NCBI GenBank assembly: GCA_012295275.1 | Contig: CM022678.1 | Coordinates: 17,360,001 to 17,424,000, forward strand | Reading direction: 5' to 3' | DNA from: Chrysomallon squamiferum | Lineage: Eukaryota > Animalia > Mollusca | Length of the DNA: 64,000 nucleotides | In this document: positions 33,751-47,300 of the stretch, piece by piece | Position numbering within the stretch: position 1 is the first letter of the stretch | Layout of the letters: each line of letters begins with the position of its first letter | Made by a program: the position numbers and the translations under genes | Notes under the pieces: model-generated | What the model saw: the letters and a program-made list of their open reading frames with translations, nothing else | Databases searched by the model: none | What the model was told of the DNA's origin: nothing

Positions 33751-35990
33751 TGATATAATTAAATAAGAATAATCATAGAATCTGCAAAAGGTGCCTGCAA
33801 TTATCTTCCTTAGACCGCGAAATCGTTTTATTTTATTTTATTTTATTTATTATTTTGGTGTTTTTTTTCTTTTATCGATCGAAGAAAACATTAAATATTC
33901 TATTTTAATATTGATAATTTACTCTTTTTTCTATTTTTTTATTTATTTATTTATTTAAATGTGATATAATTAAATAAGAATGATAATAGAATCTGCAAAA
34001 TGTAGCTGCAATTATCTCCCTTAGACCGCGAAATCGTTTTGTTTTTTGTTTTTTTGTTTTATTTTTATTATTGGATAATTTACTAATATTTCTTAACTTT
34101 TCTTCTTTTTCTCTTTTTTTTCTTTGTTTATTTGAATGCGATATAATTAAATAAGAATGATAATAGGATCTGCGAAAGATAATTGCAGTTGTCTCCCTTA
34201 GACCGCGAACTCAGTTCTTTATTTCTCATTCTATGTATTTTGTATTTTTTAAAAATTTAATTATTTAAATGTGATATAATTACATAAGAATGATAATAGA
34301 ATCAACGAAAGGTAACTGCAGTTATCTCCCTTAGACCGCGAACTCGATGTATTTTATTTTTTTATTTATTATTATTTTTTTAAACTTCATATAATTAAAT
34401 AAGTATGACAATAGAATCCGAGAAAGGTAACAGCAGTTATCTCCCTTAGACCGCGAACTCGGCTTTTTTTCTTCTTAAAAAGAAAAAAAAAATCTGATAT
34501 AATTAAATAAGTATGATAATAGAATCTGCAAAAGGTAACTGCAGTTATCTCCCTTAGACCGCGAACTCGATATATTTTACTTCATTTATTTATTTAAATT
34601 TTATTTTTTTAATCTGATATAATTAAATAAGTATTATAACAGTATCTCCGAAAGCTAACTGCAGTTGTCTCCCTTAGACCGCGAACTCGGTTTTCATATC
34701 AATTTAATTTATTTTTCTTAATTTATTTATTTTAATATGATATAATTAAGTAAAAATCATAATAGAATCTGCGAACGGTAGCTGCAGTTATCTCCCTTAG
34801 GCCGTGAACTCGATATATATATATATATTTTTTTATTTATTTAAATATGATATAATTTTCAAAAAATATATATTTTTATCTCCCTTAGACCGCGAACTTT
34901 TTAATCAATTTAATTTATTTTTCTTAATTTATTTATTTTAATATGATATAATTAAGTAAAAATCATAATAGAATCTGCGAACGGTAGCTGCAGTTATCTC
35001 CCTTAGACCGTGAACTCGATATATTTTATTTTATTTTATTTTTTTATTTTTTATTTAAATATGATATAATTTTCAAAAAAATCATAATAGAATCTGTGAA
35101 AGGTATCTGCAGTTATCTCCCTTAGACCGTGAACTCGATATATTTTATTTTATTTTATTTTTTTATTTTTTATTTAAATATGATATAATTTTCAAAAACT
35201 CATAATAGAATCTGCGAAAGCTAACTGCAGTTATCTCCCTTAGACCGTGAACTCGATATATTTTTTTTATTTTTTTTTTATTTTAATATGATATAATTTT
35301 CAAAAAATCATAATAGAATCTGCGAAAGGTAACTGCAGTTATCTCCCTTAGACCGTGAACTCGATATATTTTATTTTATTTTATTTTTTTATTTTTTATT
35401 TAAATATGATATCATTTTCAAAAAATCATAATAGAATCTGCAAAAGGTAACTGCAGTTATCTCCCTTAGACCGTGAACTCGATATATTTTATTTTATTTT
35501 ATTTTTTTATTTTTTATTTAAATATGATATAATTTTCAAAAACTCATAATAGAATCTGCGAAAGCTAACTGCAGTTATCTCCCTTAGACCGTGAACTCGA
35601 TATATTTTTTTTATTTTTTTTTATTTAAATATGATATAATTTTCAAAAAATCATAATAGAATCTGCGAAAGGTAACTGCAGTTATCTCCCTTAGACCGTG
35701 AACTCGATATATTTTATTTTATTTTATTTTTTTATTTTTTATTTAAATATGATATCATTTTCAAAAAATCATAATAGAATCTGCAAAAGGTAACTGCAGT
35801 TATCTCCCTTAGACCGTGAACTCGGTTTTCTATCAATTTAATTTATTTTTCTTAATTTATTTATTTTAATATGATATAATTAAATAAGAATCATAATAGA
35901 ATCTGCAAAGATAACTGTAGTTATCTCCCATAGATCGCGAACTCGAATGTTTTTTTTTTTTAATTTTAATTTATTTTTTATTCTTTTATT

Positions 35991-36021
<31 letters not shown>

Positions 36022-36445
36022 AAATGTGATAATACAAAATAAGAATGATAACAGAATCTGCCAGCGGTAACTGCAGTTATCTCCCTTGGACCGCGAGCTC
36101 GGCTTTTCTTTTCTTTTTTTTTCTTTTTTTTTTTTTTAATGTGATATAATTAAGTAAGTATGACAATAGAATCTGAGAACGATAGCTGCAGTTATCTCCC
36201 TTACACAGCGAACTCGGTTTTTTCTTAATTTATTTTTCTTAATTTATTTATTTAAATGTGATATAATTAAGTAAAAATCATAATTTAATCTGCAAAAGAT
36301 AACTTTAGTTATCTGCCGTAGATCTCGAACTCGGTTTTCTATTTCTTTTTTCTTCTTCTTCTTTTTAATTTGATATAATTAAATAAGAATGATAACAGAA
36401 TCTGCAAAAGGTAACTGCAGTTATCTCCCTTAGACCGCGAATTCG
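33751..36445. repeat. Array of 22 copies of a 75-bp conserved core separated by variable T-rich spacers (period about 115-120 bp)
   Basis: The core is tgatataattaaataagaatgataatagaatctgcRaaaggtaactgcagttatctcccttagaccgYgaactcg. I counted 22 occurrences of its ctcccttagaccg-like end, one of them 5'-truncated. Confidence 0.95.
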
Positions 36446-37055
36446 TTTCTTTTTATTTCTTTTTTTCGAAGAAAACATTAATTATTCCATTTAAATATTG
36501 GATAATTTACTAAATAAATAACCTAAAACAGACAAAAAGGATATTATTTATAAACATTTATTTATAATCATATGAAAATGAAAATCACGTTTTAGGTGAT
36601 AAGTAAACAAAGATGAAACGATGTAAAAAGATGACATGTTCAGATTATAGTTCTAATTCTATCATTTATATTCATAATAAAAATTTACTTTCAGTCAAAA
36701 AATTAAAATATTTATTTCACCTGTCCAGATACCACTGTTTGTACACTGTCTGTGTTTTGGCATTTTTCTAAAACAGTGTAAAGTATACAACAGAAGTATG
36801 TCCTTTCCAACACAGAAGACAGCTAAATATAGAAACAAATGGTTGAATAGCTTCAGCCTGAAGACTAACTTATTATTCATCTTTAAAAATATTGTTTCAA
36901 CTACTAAAATAAAAACTTTTTTTAAGTTGGTATTTATATATATATAAATTTTTTCAATATTTAGAACAAAAATGATTTTTTTTTTTTTTTTTTTAAATAA
37001 CTTCAAAAAAAGGATATTTGTCTAAATTATCTGTATTATAATAGTTATTATTATA

Positions 37056-37105
<50 letters not shown>

Positions 37106-37397
37106 GAAAATACAGATTATCCATCTTGTTGTTAATTAACCTTTAATAATAATTTAATAAAACAGTTGTCAAAATGATGATAATAAAATTTATTTAATGG
37201 AATGTACAAACACAAATAAGTATTTAAAAAATATTAATGTATTATTAAAAAATAATAATAAAAGATAAATAATTTTATACGTTGTCATGGGTACATGATT
37301 TTAATAATTTTCTTTGCTTCTTTTCATTCATCCTTCTTTATTTTTTTTCTTTCATTTTCATATCCTTTTCTTAAAAAGTATAAACAATAGTCCAAAT

Positions 37398-37450
<53 letters not shown>

Positions 37451-37539
37451 CAGACAAGCACACACCAGTAAACACTAAACTAAAATGATAAACATTGCAC
37501 ATAATCATGTCAAGGTTATTGACATAAGATCACATATAA

Positions 37540-38130
37540 AAACAACCAATCATTTTCAATTCCCAAACATATATGAACCAATCAACAGAGACATTTTTTT
37601 CTCTCAAAAGCTAGATTAACCATTAAGTTTTCAGAACATTATTTTCAAATGTACTAAATGAATTATTAAGTATTTGTTATTACTGTGACAGCAAAATTAA
37701 CCAGTGACTGAACAGAATGTTAAAATTTCTGCATATTTATCAGTAATGAAAACATAACCAATATTCAGATATATTTAACCAGTAGAAAATATTCTTTTAT
37801 CTTTTCACTAACAAATTAACCATTATATTCAAATATTTTCAATCAGTTATAACAAAATATACACAGACAAATATATTTATATATTATTAGAACAACAAAT
37901 TACCCAATTGCTGTACACCATGTAATCCAGTTTACCAACGAAAAATATTAATCTGTTACTGCAATAATAAATTAACCAATCACTGTAAAGTATTTAATAT
38001 GATTAACCAATGAAATATCTTGTTATCTATAATCATAATAATGAAATAAGCAATCGCCAAATAGTATTTGATACAGTTGACCAATGAAAAGGATTGATCT
38101 ATTATTTCAATAACAAATTAACCAACAGGA
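37540..38130. repeat. Old degenerate tandem repeat rich in TTAACCAAT/AACCAAT
   Basis: About 15 AACCAAT-like motifs at roughly 30-35 bp spacing, giving an apparent dimeric unit of about 65 bp. Confidence 0.6.
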
Positions 38131-38620
38131 CTAAAGCATTAATACTAGCAGCCTGAATTTCAAAATGACTGTATTACAATAAAATATCCAGGTACAATAT
38201 AATTCAATAAACATTAAAAGAAAACACCACAAAAATACTTTTTAAAAAACATATTGAAAATATATTTAACAAAATAAATAAATTAAAAATCAAGGAACAA
38301 AAAAAGACAATACAGCATTATTGAATAGAGGGCCAAATTTACAAATCCTATATTCATTAAACCTAGGTTTGTTTTTAAGCATTATAAATAAACAATGTTT
38401 TTAATTCTGAAATAGCCTTTGTAAATGTGGCTTATAGTCCAGTAACTATGTAACAATAAGAAAATTTGGCAATATTTAAAATAATAATAATATTATTATT
38501 ATTTTTTTAATGTAATGGCAGCCATCAAAGTCATGAATATAAATTATTGGTATCTATAAACATACTTAGTTGTTTTTCAGTTAAAAAAATAAAATAAAAT
38601 AAAAATAAAAATAATGATAA

Positions 38621-38651
<31 letters not shown>

Positions 38652-39274
38652 GGAAAATAAAGGAAAAAAACAACAAATGAAGAGACAGAAAAGATAAAAT
38701 AAACAAAGACAAAAGTTGGATCTTGTTTCTCATCAAAATTTGAAGAAAATAAATTAGTTAAACGGAATAAACTGAACTTTTAAATATTTTTTATTCCTAA
38801 AATATCATTATTGTCATCATCATTATCATTGATTTATTTTTAACTGCTTGTATTTTTTAAAACAAATGTCAGTAAAATAAAATAAGTAATAAATACATAA
38901 AACTAGGCCTGTTACTATAATCAATTAAGATTAAATTAGATTATTTCATTGTATTACTGTTATTATCTTATATTTTGGCACTTTTTGTGTGGGACAATTT
39001 TGTAATCTTATTTAAAACATGCTTATGTTCATTTGAGTCACAAGCACGCTTATCATGGGCACATGTAAAAGTAATCATTAATAGCCATTGAGACAGAAAA
39101 ACCATCAGACAATGGGCTCCTTTTCTTTTTCCTTTTTTTTTCATTTAGTTTTAATAAATTTCTTCACACTGACAGGAAATGTACATTTAAAATAATAAAA
39201 AAAATAATAATAATAAAAATCAATCCATAGGTTACAGAGCACCAGCTGGAATTTGAAATTATCCAATATGTACA

Positions 39275-39340
39275 ATCAGGAGGGTTGATCTAGCAATCCA
39301 TCATGTGTCAGCCATACATGCTAACCACCTGAGCTTATAT
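39275..39340 (-). mobile_element. tRNA-derived SINE head remnant
   Basis: AGCTCAGGTGGTTAGC (A-box-like, similar to the copy near 16650), with AGATCAACCC (B-box-like) downstream. Confidence 0.4.
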
Positions 39341-39727
39341 TTAGCTATAAGTTAAATTATAGTTATGTAGAAGGAATGGAAATTGAAATGACAAATAATT
39401 ATGACAAAACTTAACTAGTAATATATATGATGGAAAAAGTGTTATTATCATTAAAATGAAAAGGCTGAAAAATAATTGTTAAAAAGAAAGTGTTGAATAA
39501 TTATTAAAATTCAAATCAGAGTTTGTTACGATACATATATTTCAAAAAAAGGCAAACAGTTCTCTAGAATTTTAATAATTAAAATTAATGGAATAAAAAT
39601 TAAATGTACATTAAAATAATTTGTTTAACATTTATGTAATTGTCTACCAAAATCATAGCAACTGAAAACAGATTTAAAAATGTTTTGTTAAATAAATCTC
39701 TGCCAATAATAATAATAATAATAATAA

Positions 39728-39775
<48 letters not shown>

Positions 39776-41130
39776 TAATAAAAAAAGAAGAAAAAACTAA
39801 ATAAAGGAATAATAATTAAAATAGAAAACTAATGTTTAACTAAATTACATAATACTCATGACAGATTATAATTAAAAAGAAAATAGTTATATATTAAAAA
39901 TAATTAAAAACTGTACGAATCGTAAAATAATGTGTAAATAAACAATAAAACATTCTTAATGAATTACACAGAAAACTAATTAATTAATGCTGGTGTGTGT
40001 TAAAATGAAAATTTTAAAATTTGTGTAGAAATTATTTTAAAATCTACTGTAATGTTATCATATGATTTTCATGTACTCGATTAAGTTTAAATATGGATGT
40101 AAATAAATATATGTAAATATCCATTTATACATTCTGAAATGATTAATTTATTTATTTCTTTTAAAAGTGTATATTTATTATCATCATCATGTTTTTCAAT
40201 ATATTATCATTATCAGTTTTATATTATTATTATCAGTATCATTATTATTATTATATTATCATTATTATTATATTATCATTATAATTTTTTCGGTATATTT
40301 GTTATATTATCATCATTATTATTGTTTTTGTTGCTGTTATTAATGTTATAGCTATTTATATTCTTCGTCTTAATTTATTTATTATTTCTAAATGAATATA
40401 TTATAGTGTGAACAAAAAACACAAAATACAAATTAAACAAAAATTGTTCTGTCAGATGTTAAAACAATTATTTGGCTACAAACAAACATATTCAATCCAG
40501 TTTTTTAAATTATTTATATTATTGCATATTACTAGAGTATGCTTTGAATTTATTTGCTATAATAAGTCTATAACAAGATTTAATAAATTATTCATGATTT
40601 ATATATAATTTGAAAGTAAAAACATGTTAAAATAAGATCTAGAATATTAACATTTTTTTTTTAATGATCTGTATCCTTGACACGAAAATTTACATAAACA
40701 CATAATACAAACACTGTCCATTATTGTCCATTCATTCAAAATGTCTTTGTTGTCATGGAAACAAACCAGTGATTAAAAATGATCACATTCTATGGGCAAT
40801 CATCATTCAGTTCTGTTATCCAATCATTTTCACTGACAGACTGGTTTTATTCATAACATTTCTGTTGCTGATCATTAAAAATTAAGTTATTTTGCCTATG
40901 CTATGTTAACAGTGACATCAATCACCGATGGCAACAAAGATTTGTGATTTTATTACCGTGTAGATATTTCGTCTTATTCGTTGCTAAGCAATACAAATTC
41001 AGTTACTAAGGCTTAAAATTATTTAATTTAAAATTAGGTTTTTGATGTTTTATCCCTTTCTTTCAGATAAAATACACATCTTTGACTTCTGGTGACAAAA
41101 CCAGTTGATGTAACAACCTTTCTAACTGGT

Positions 41131-41163
<33 letters not shown>

Positions 41164-41314
41164 CTGCCATGACCTTGACCAGACTATGATCTAATCATTT
41201 TTCAGAAACAACCTGCTGTTGTAACAACCACTCTGATTGGTCAGAATAAAAAAAATAATAATAATTTAAAAAAACAGGTCTCCTGTGACCTTGACCTTTT
41301 TTTTTTTTTTTTTT

Positions 41315-41484
41315 TTATTCGGTTCCAGAACTGAGAGCTTCGCAATCTGACTTGGCAGACTGTTTGAGAATTTTCTGGACGTTTTCTGCGAGTTCGATGA
41401 TTGCGGGGGGCTGCCCCGACACAACAAGATGGCCGACGATGTGTTCAATGTGATGTTCCGTGAACGACGCAACGAACAACTCTT
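41315..41484 (-). CDS. VAC8: Vac8-like terminal coding exon
   Basis: [56 protein letters not shown]; tttgcag acceptor, TAA at 41317-41315. Confidence 0.88.
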
Positions 41485-41859
41485 CTGCAAAGAAGATTAC
41501 AAAAAAAATAATTTAAAATATTAAAACACAGAATGTCTGTCATATTATTGAGTAGAGTGATTATATTTGTTTATAATTCAAACAGCATTTTATATATATA
41601 TAATTCAAACTGATGTAAACTGACTTTTTCAAAAGACGTTTTAAAAAATCTGAAATTTAAAAAAAAAAAAGATAGTTTGTATGTGTCTTTCATTTTTGTT
41701 GTGGGTACATTTTGTTGAATTAAATTTTATAATTCAAACTGCAGTCATGAAAGTGTGTTCTACGACGAATATTATACAAGATTCCAAAAATCTTATCACA
41801 CAGACACAAACAAATAATAATAAATTTTATATAGTACTGTCATCTTTTACACAGCATTT

Positions 41860-41939
<80 letters not shown>

Positions 41940-44341
41940 TTTTCAAAATATGTATAACTGCACTTTCTATTCTGATTAAAAAAGCTAAGGGAATTAACAA
42001 ATAAGAAATGTCAGAATGAAGGTTTGATGACTTTTATGTGATACTTAGAGAGTCTAAACAAAGACTTTTAGAAGACTGTTGAATGCTACTGGTAAAGAAA
42101 TATAAACTAAGATACTAAAAGTCACTAGAACGTAGTCTGTCTACCTTTAAGGAGGTGAACTAGAGTCCAGAGTGCGATGTGAATAAAGTTTGGATTCTTT
42201 GACTTGAGGAATCTGTCGATGTACAGCACAATACCCAGTCTGTTTGGCTCTTGCAAGTCTTGTGGGATTCCTGGAGAAAAATGAATATGATTATTTAATA
42301 ATGGGTTTTCATATGCTTTTAGATTAATAGTTCTTAGGTGTCAGTCATAAGATTTGTTTTAAAATAATCGTGTGAAAGAAAAAAAAATCCACTGTTGATC
42401 TCACAATCTGAAATGAACTAAAGTAATAAAAAATTCAAAAATTATGAATACTCTCTCTCATAAACTAACATTGCAAACAATATTCTACAACAAATATTAT
42501 TCTCTTTTGTATTTTTCTTTTTCTTTTTCAATTTTTATTTTAGCCTTTTGTTTTTTCGGTTTTTATGTTTTTGTTGTTTGTTTTTTTCATTCTTTTTTTC
42601 AACAGTCTACTTTTATATGAATCTGTCCAAATGGTTCTAATAAACTAAACATGATAGCAGACTGATTCTTTATAATTAAACAGAAAGTCGACTGGTTCTT
42701 TTAAATTAAACAGAAAGTAGACTGGTTCATTTAAATTCAACATATGAAATAGACTGGTTTTGATAAATTAAAGAGGAAGTGGACTGGCTCTGCCAAGTTA
42801 AACACGAAATAGACTGGTTCTGGTGAACAGGAAGTAGACTGCTTCTGTTAAAAGAAAACGGGAAGTAGACTGGTTTCACGCTGACCTCTAAGCGCAAGCT
42901 GTCCAATGATCCCCGCACTGTTGTACTGAACTTCCAGGTTGTTGCACAGAGACGCCAGGGACACGAGACGAAAGAAAACTTTTCCTCCGAAAGCTGACAG
43001 AAGTTTATCCTTGACAGAATCTGAAAACATTTCACAAACAGAAACGTTCACTTTATGTTAAACACGTATTTCTGGTGATGCAGATGGTGTAAATACATTT
43101 TGAATATTTACAAGAGATTCTTATTTTTTTTGTTTTTTGTTGTTAATGTTCTTATCTATTGATCAGTCTGTCTGTCTGTCTGTCTATATATCTTGTCTAG
43201 CTATATATCTATATATTTGTCTATATAATCTGTCTGTCTGTCTGTCTATCTATCTATATATTTTGTCTATATATTTATATATCTGTCTATATAATCTATG
43301 CCTGCCTGTCTGTCTGTCTATCTATCTATATATTTGTCTAGCTACATATTTATATATCTGTCTATATAATCTATGCCTGTCTGTCTGACTGTCTATCTAT
43401 CTATATATCTTGTCTAGCTACATATCTATATATCTGCCTATATAATCTATGTATGTCTTTCAACCTACCTGACTATTTGTCTATCTGTCTATCATCAGAT
43501 GATTATCAGAATAAGATAAAATACAGTAATACAGTAGTGAAGAAGATAAATATGGCAGCCTGAAGGTTTCTCTTAGATGAAATCTAAATAACTTTCTTAC
43601 CTTCATCAGCAAGGACAGCAAGAGCAGCTGTGATGTCAGCGTGTACAGACATCCTTGACTCCACCTCCAACAACGCCTTCATCAGCGCCTCAACACACCC
43701 ACTCTGTAAGACTGCCTGGATGGCAACAACAACAAAACAGCAATAATAATAATAATAATAATAACAATAATAATAACAATAATAATAATAAAAACAGTAG
43801 TAGTACTAGTAAGTAATAGTAAAACTGGTAATAATATTAAAAGGATCAGTAGTATTAGTAGTAACAGCAGAAGTAACCACTGAAGTAGTAGTAGTAGTAG
43901 TAGTAGCAGAAGAAGAAAAAAGTACAATAATATTAATAGCAGCAATAGTGAATAAAAATGTACAAGTTTAAAATTATTGATGTGTGTTCATCATAGAAAA
44001 TCATCTTTGTCCGTTTTGTCTGTTTGTAGGTTATGTACACAGGTGTTTGTGTGTGTGTGTGTGTGTCTGTGTGTGTGTGTGTGTTCACCTCTATCTGGTC
44101 TCCGACAGACAGGTTTCTGATTGTTCCTGCTGCGTGTTTCTGAGCCTCTGAGTTGTGACTTGTTGTCAGAATCCGACATAAATCTGGCAAAATGTCTTCT
44201 CCCACTATCTCTTGCTGAATAATATAACAAATAATTAAATAACAACAACAACAATAATAACAATTATAAGTAGTAAGTAGTAAGTAATAATCAATAATAA
44301 TAATAATAATAACAACAACAATAATAATAATAGTAGTAGTA

Positions 44342-44387
<46 letters not shown>

Positions 44388-47300
44388 CAATAATAATGTA
44401 ATAAATGTAATAATTTTATTTTTTATTTTTATTTTCAAAAATAAACTTTTTTCTTCTACACAATTATTTTTAAATCTTTAATATCATTTTTTCTTTCTTT
44501 TTATTTATTTCATTATTTAAACTGCATCATCAAAACTGAAATTTAATGCGATAGCATTAAAAAAAGAAAAGGAAAGTTATCATTAAAAATAAGAAGTTAT
44601 TTTACAGTAGAACAAAGGCTAAATTCTCACACATACATACATACATTATATATTTATTTATTTATTTGTTTATTTATTTACTTATATACATACACACACA
44701 TATTTATTTATTTACTTATATACACACACAAACATAAAGAGACATATTTATTTATTTACTTACTTCATTTGCTTTCAAGATGGAGAGATTTCTCAAACAC
44801 CCAACTGCTGCACCCAGAGTTTCAGATTTGGCTGTTCTGATAATGCTGTGCAAGGGAGGTAATGCATCATACTTCACAATGAAGAGCTGATTGTCACCTT
44901 TAACAGAAACAGAGTAATGTCCCTTTATATATGTTTTTGTTAATTTGTTAAACTATTTTCATGAAGTTGCAAATTTTGAAAGAGATATACTGAGAAAATG
45001 AAAATTGACTTCAAAACAAATAACTAAATAAATAAATAAACAAGTAAATAAATATAATAAATAAATAAATAAATAAATAAAAATAAACAAGTAAATAAAT
45101 ATAATAAATAAATAAATTTGTAATATGAGCCTTTGCATTATAATGTTAATTGGTCAATTTATTATTCAGAAAGAGAAGTTTGTAGGTTATGAAAAACAAA
45201 CAACAACAAAAAAAAGGTAAATCATTATTTTAAAAAAGTTGTAAAAACATTTTCATATATATGTGTGAACTAATATCTAGATTAAAATCTGAAGCATAAC
45301 CAAAATTACAGGGTATTAATTTTTTATTATAATTATGTAAAAATAAATTCTAGATTTATGTTTTACTCTCAAAATTAAAATATTAAAATTTTGGTTCATT
45401 TAATTTATTTTATTTTACAACAACTGAAAAAAACACCATAAAAAATAAAATAATAAATTTCAAAAATCTTACTGTCTGAAGCTAAATTTCTTAGAGCAAA
45501 ACAAGCTTGGCACCTTATCTGAAAAAATAAAATAAAATAATAATAAACATAAAATGAACATATTAAGAGTAATTCTGGTAAAGACACTAGATTTTCCATT
45601 ACAGTATTTGAAAATATTTATTTACATGAAAAATAATAATGATAAAAAGAAATATAATAATAACAATAATAATGATAAAAAGAAATATAAGAATAACAAT
45701 AATAATAAGAAGAAAATTAATAATAACAACAACAACAACAAGAAAATACAAAGTAAAAACCTTTTCACGTTTGGACTGTAAGAAATATATCATCTGCTTG
45801 AGAATGTCATGGCTGCCAATGGCAACCATCATGGCTCGGTGTTTCTCCTGGACGGCGATGTTGCTGAGGGCTGCGATGCAGTAGTACTGCACCTCCTCGT
45901 CTGAAGAGTAGATCTGCTCCACCAAAACTGGCAGAGCACCGCTAGAAACAAGCTCATTCCTGTTTGATTCTGAAACACAAGAAAACTTTAATTAATTTCT
46001 TAATTTGTTTTATTTTGTGTGTGTTTATGTGGTTTTGTGTGTGTGTGTGTGACATAAATACAGAGAGAGAATGAAGACAGAGTCAGAAAGAAAGACAGAC
46101 AGACAGACATATGGACAGAGAGAGAGATAGATAGTGGGAGAGGGGAGTTAAATATATGTGTCTGTGTGTGTGTATGTGTGTGTGAGGTTAAGTATTTAAT
46201 ACATAAGTGAGGTTACATATTTAATACACATGTGAGTGAGTGAGGTTAAGTATTTAGCACATATGTGAGGTTAAGTATTTAATACACACATGAGGTTAAG
46301 TATTTAAAACACACGTGAGTGAGTGAGGTTAAGTATTTAATACATACGTGAGTGAGTGAGGTTAAGTATTGCTCCTGCTGCATTTCGTTGGACTCTGAGA
46401 TCAGGCGAGGAGAGGAGAGTGAGGAGAGGTTTTATCCCGTTCTCACATATTATCTTCTGCTTTAGGCTTTCTGCAAGTAAAACAGGCAACACTTTCAGAT
46501 CAGTGTGTCTCTCCAGGAAAATAACAGTTGAATAGCAGTCAGTGAATAGCAGAGAGTTATTAGACTATTAGTTAGTAGGCTATATGAATTGTTAGTGATC
46601 ATGATAGTAATAACTATTATGATAATGAGAATAATAAAATTAATAATAATAATAATAAGTTGAAGAAGAAGAATAATGATAATCTTGATGATGATACTGA
46701 TATTAATAACAATAATGATAACAACAATGATGATGTTGACAATGATAATAATAATGATAATTAAATAATAATAATAATAATAACAGCAATAACAACAATA
46801 ACAATATATATACACACACAGCCACATACACACATAGATACACATAAATGACAAACTTTTTTTATTATTATTTATTTATTTTCATGTGTGCTGTCATTGT
46901 TAAAATATCAATAATGAAGAAGAAAATGTTAATCAATTTACTTAATAAAGTAATAAATAACACAATTTAATAAAAGAAAAAAACAAACAATCGAACCTGC
47001 AGTGGCCAGTGTTGTTATGGACCCACAAGTGTTACACTGCACTTCTGTGTTCTTCGAGTTCAGAAGATTCACCAAAGCTGACAACACATCACACGAAACT
47101 AAAACTTCCTTGTTCAGCTCTAGAAAACAGATATTTAGTTTTACAATACAGCGTAACCAAACTTTGCTAAAAATAAAGTATTGGTACATTTTAACAAACC
47201 AACAAAAAGAAGTTTAGATGTAACATTTTCTTCACTTTCTCTTGTACTTTCTCCATTTTGGTTTGTTCATTTTATAACCAAGAATAAAATTAAAAAAAAA

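Noticed and set aside
34540-34570. tRNA-like GCGGTCTAAGG / GAGTTCG on the minus strand of the array core
   Set aside because: The B-box-like piece precedes the D-arm-like piece (wrong order) and no cloverleaf forms.
33751-36445. CRISPR array interpretation of the repeat-spacer array
   Set aside because: The context is eukaryotic, there are no cas genes, the 75-bp repeats are too long, and the spacers are low-complexity T-runs that are themselves duplicated.
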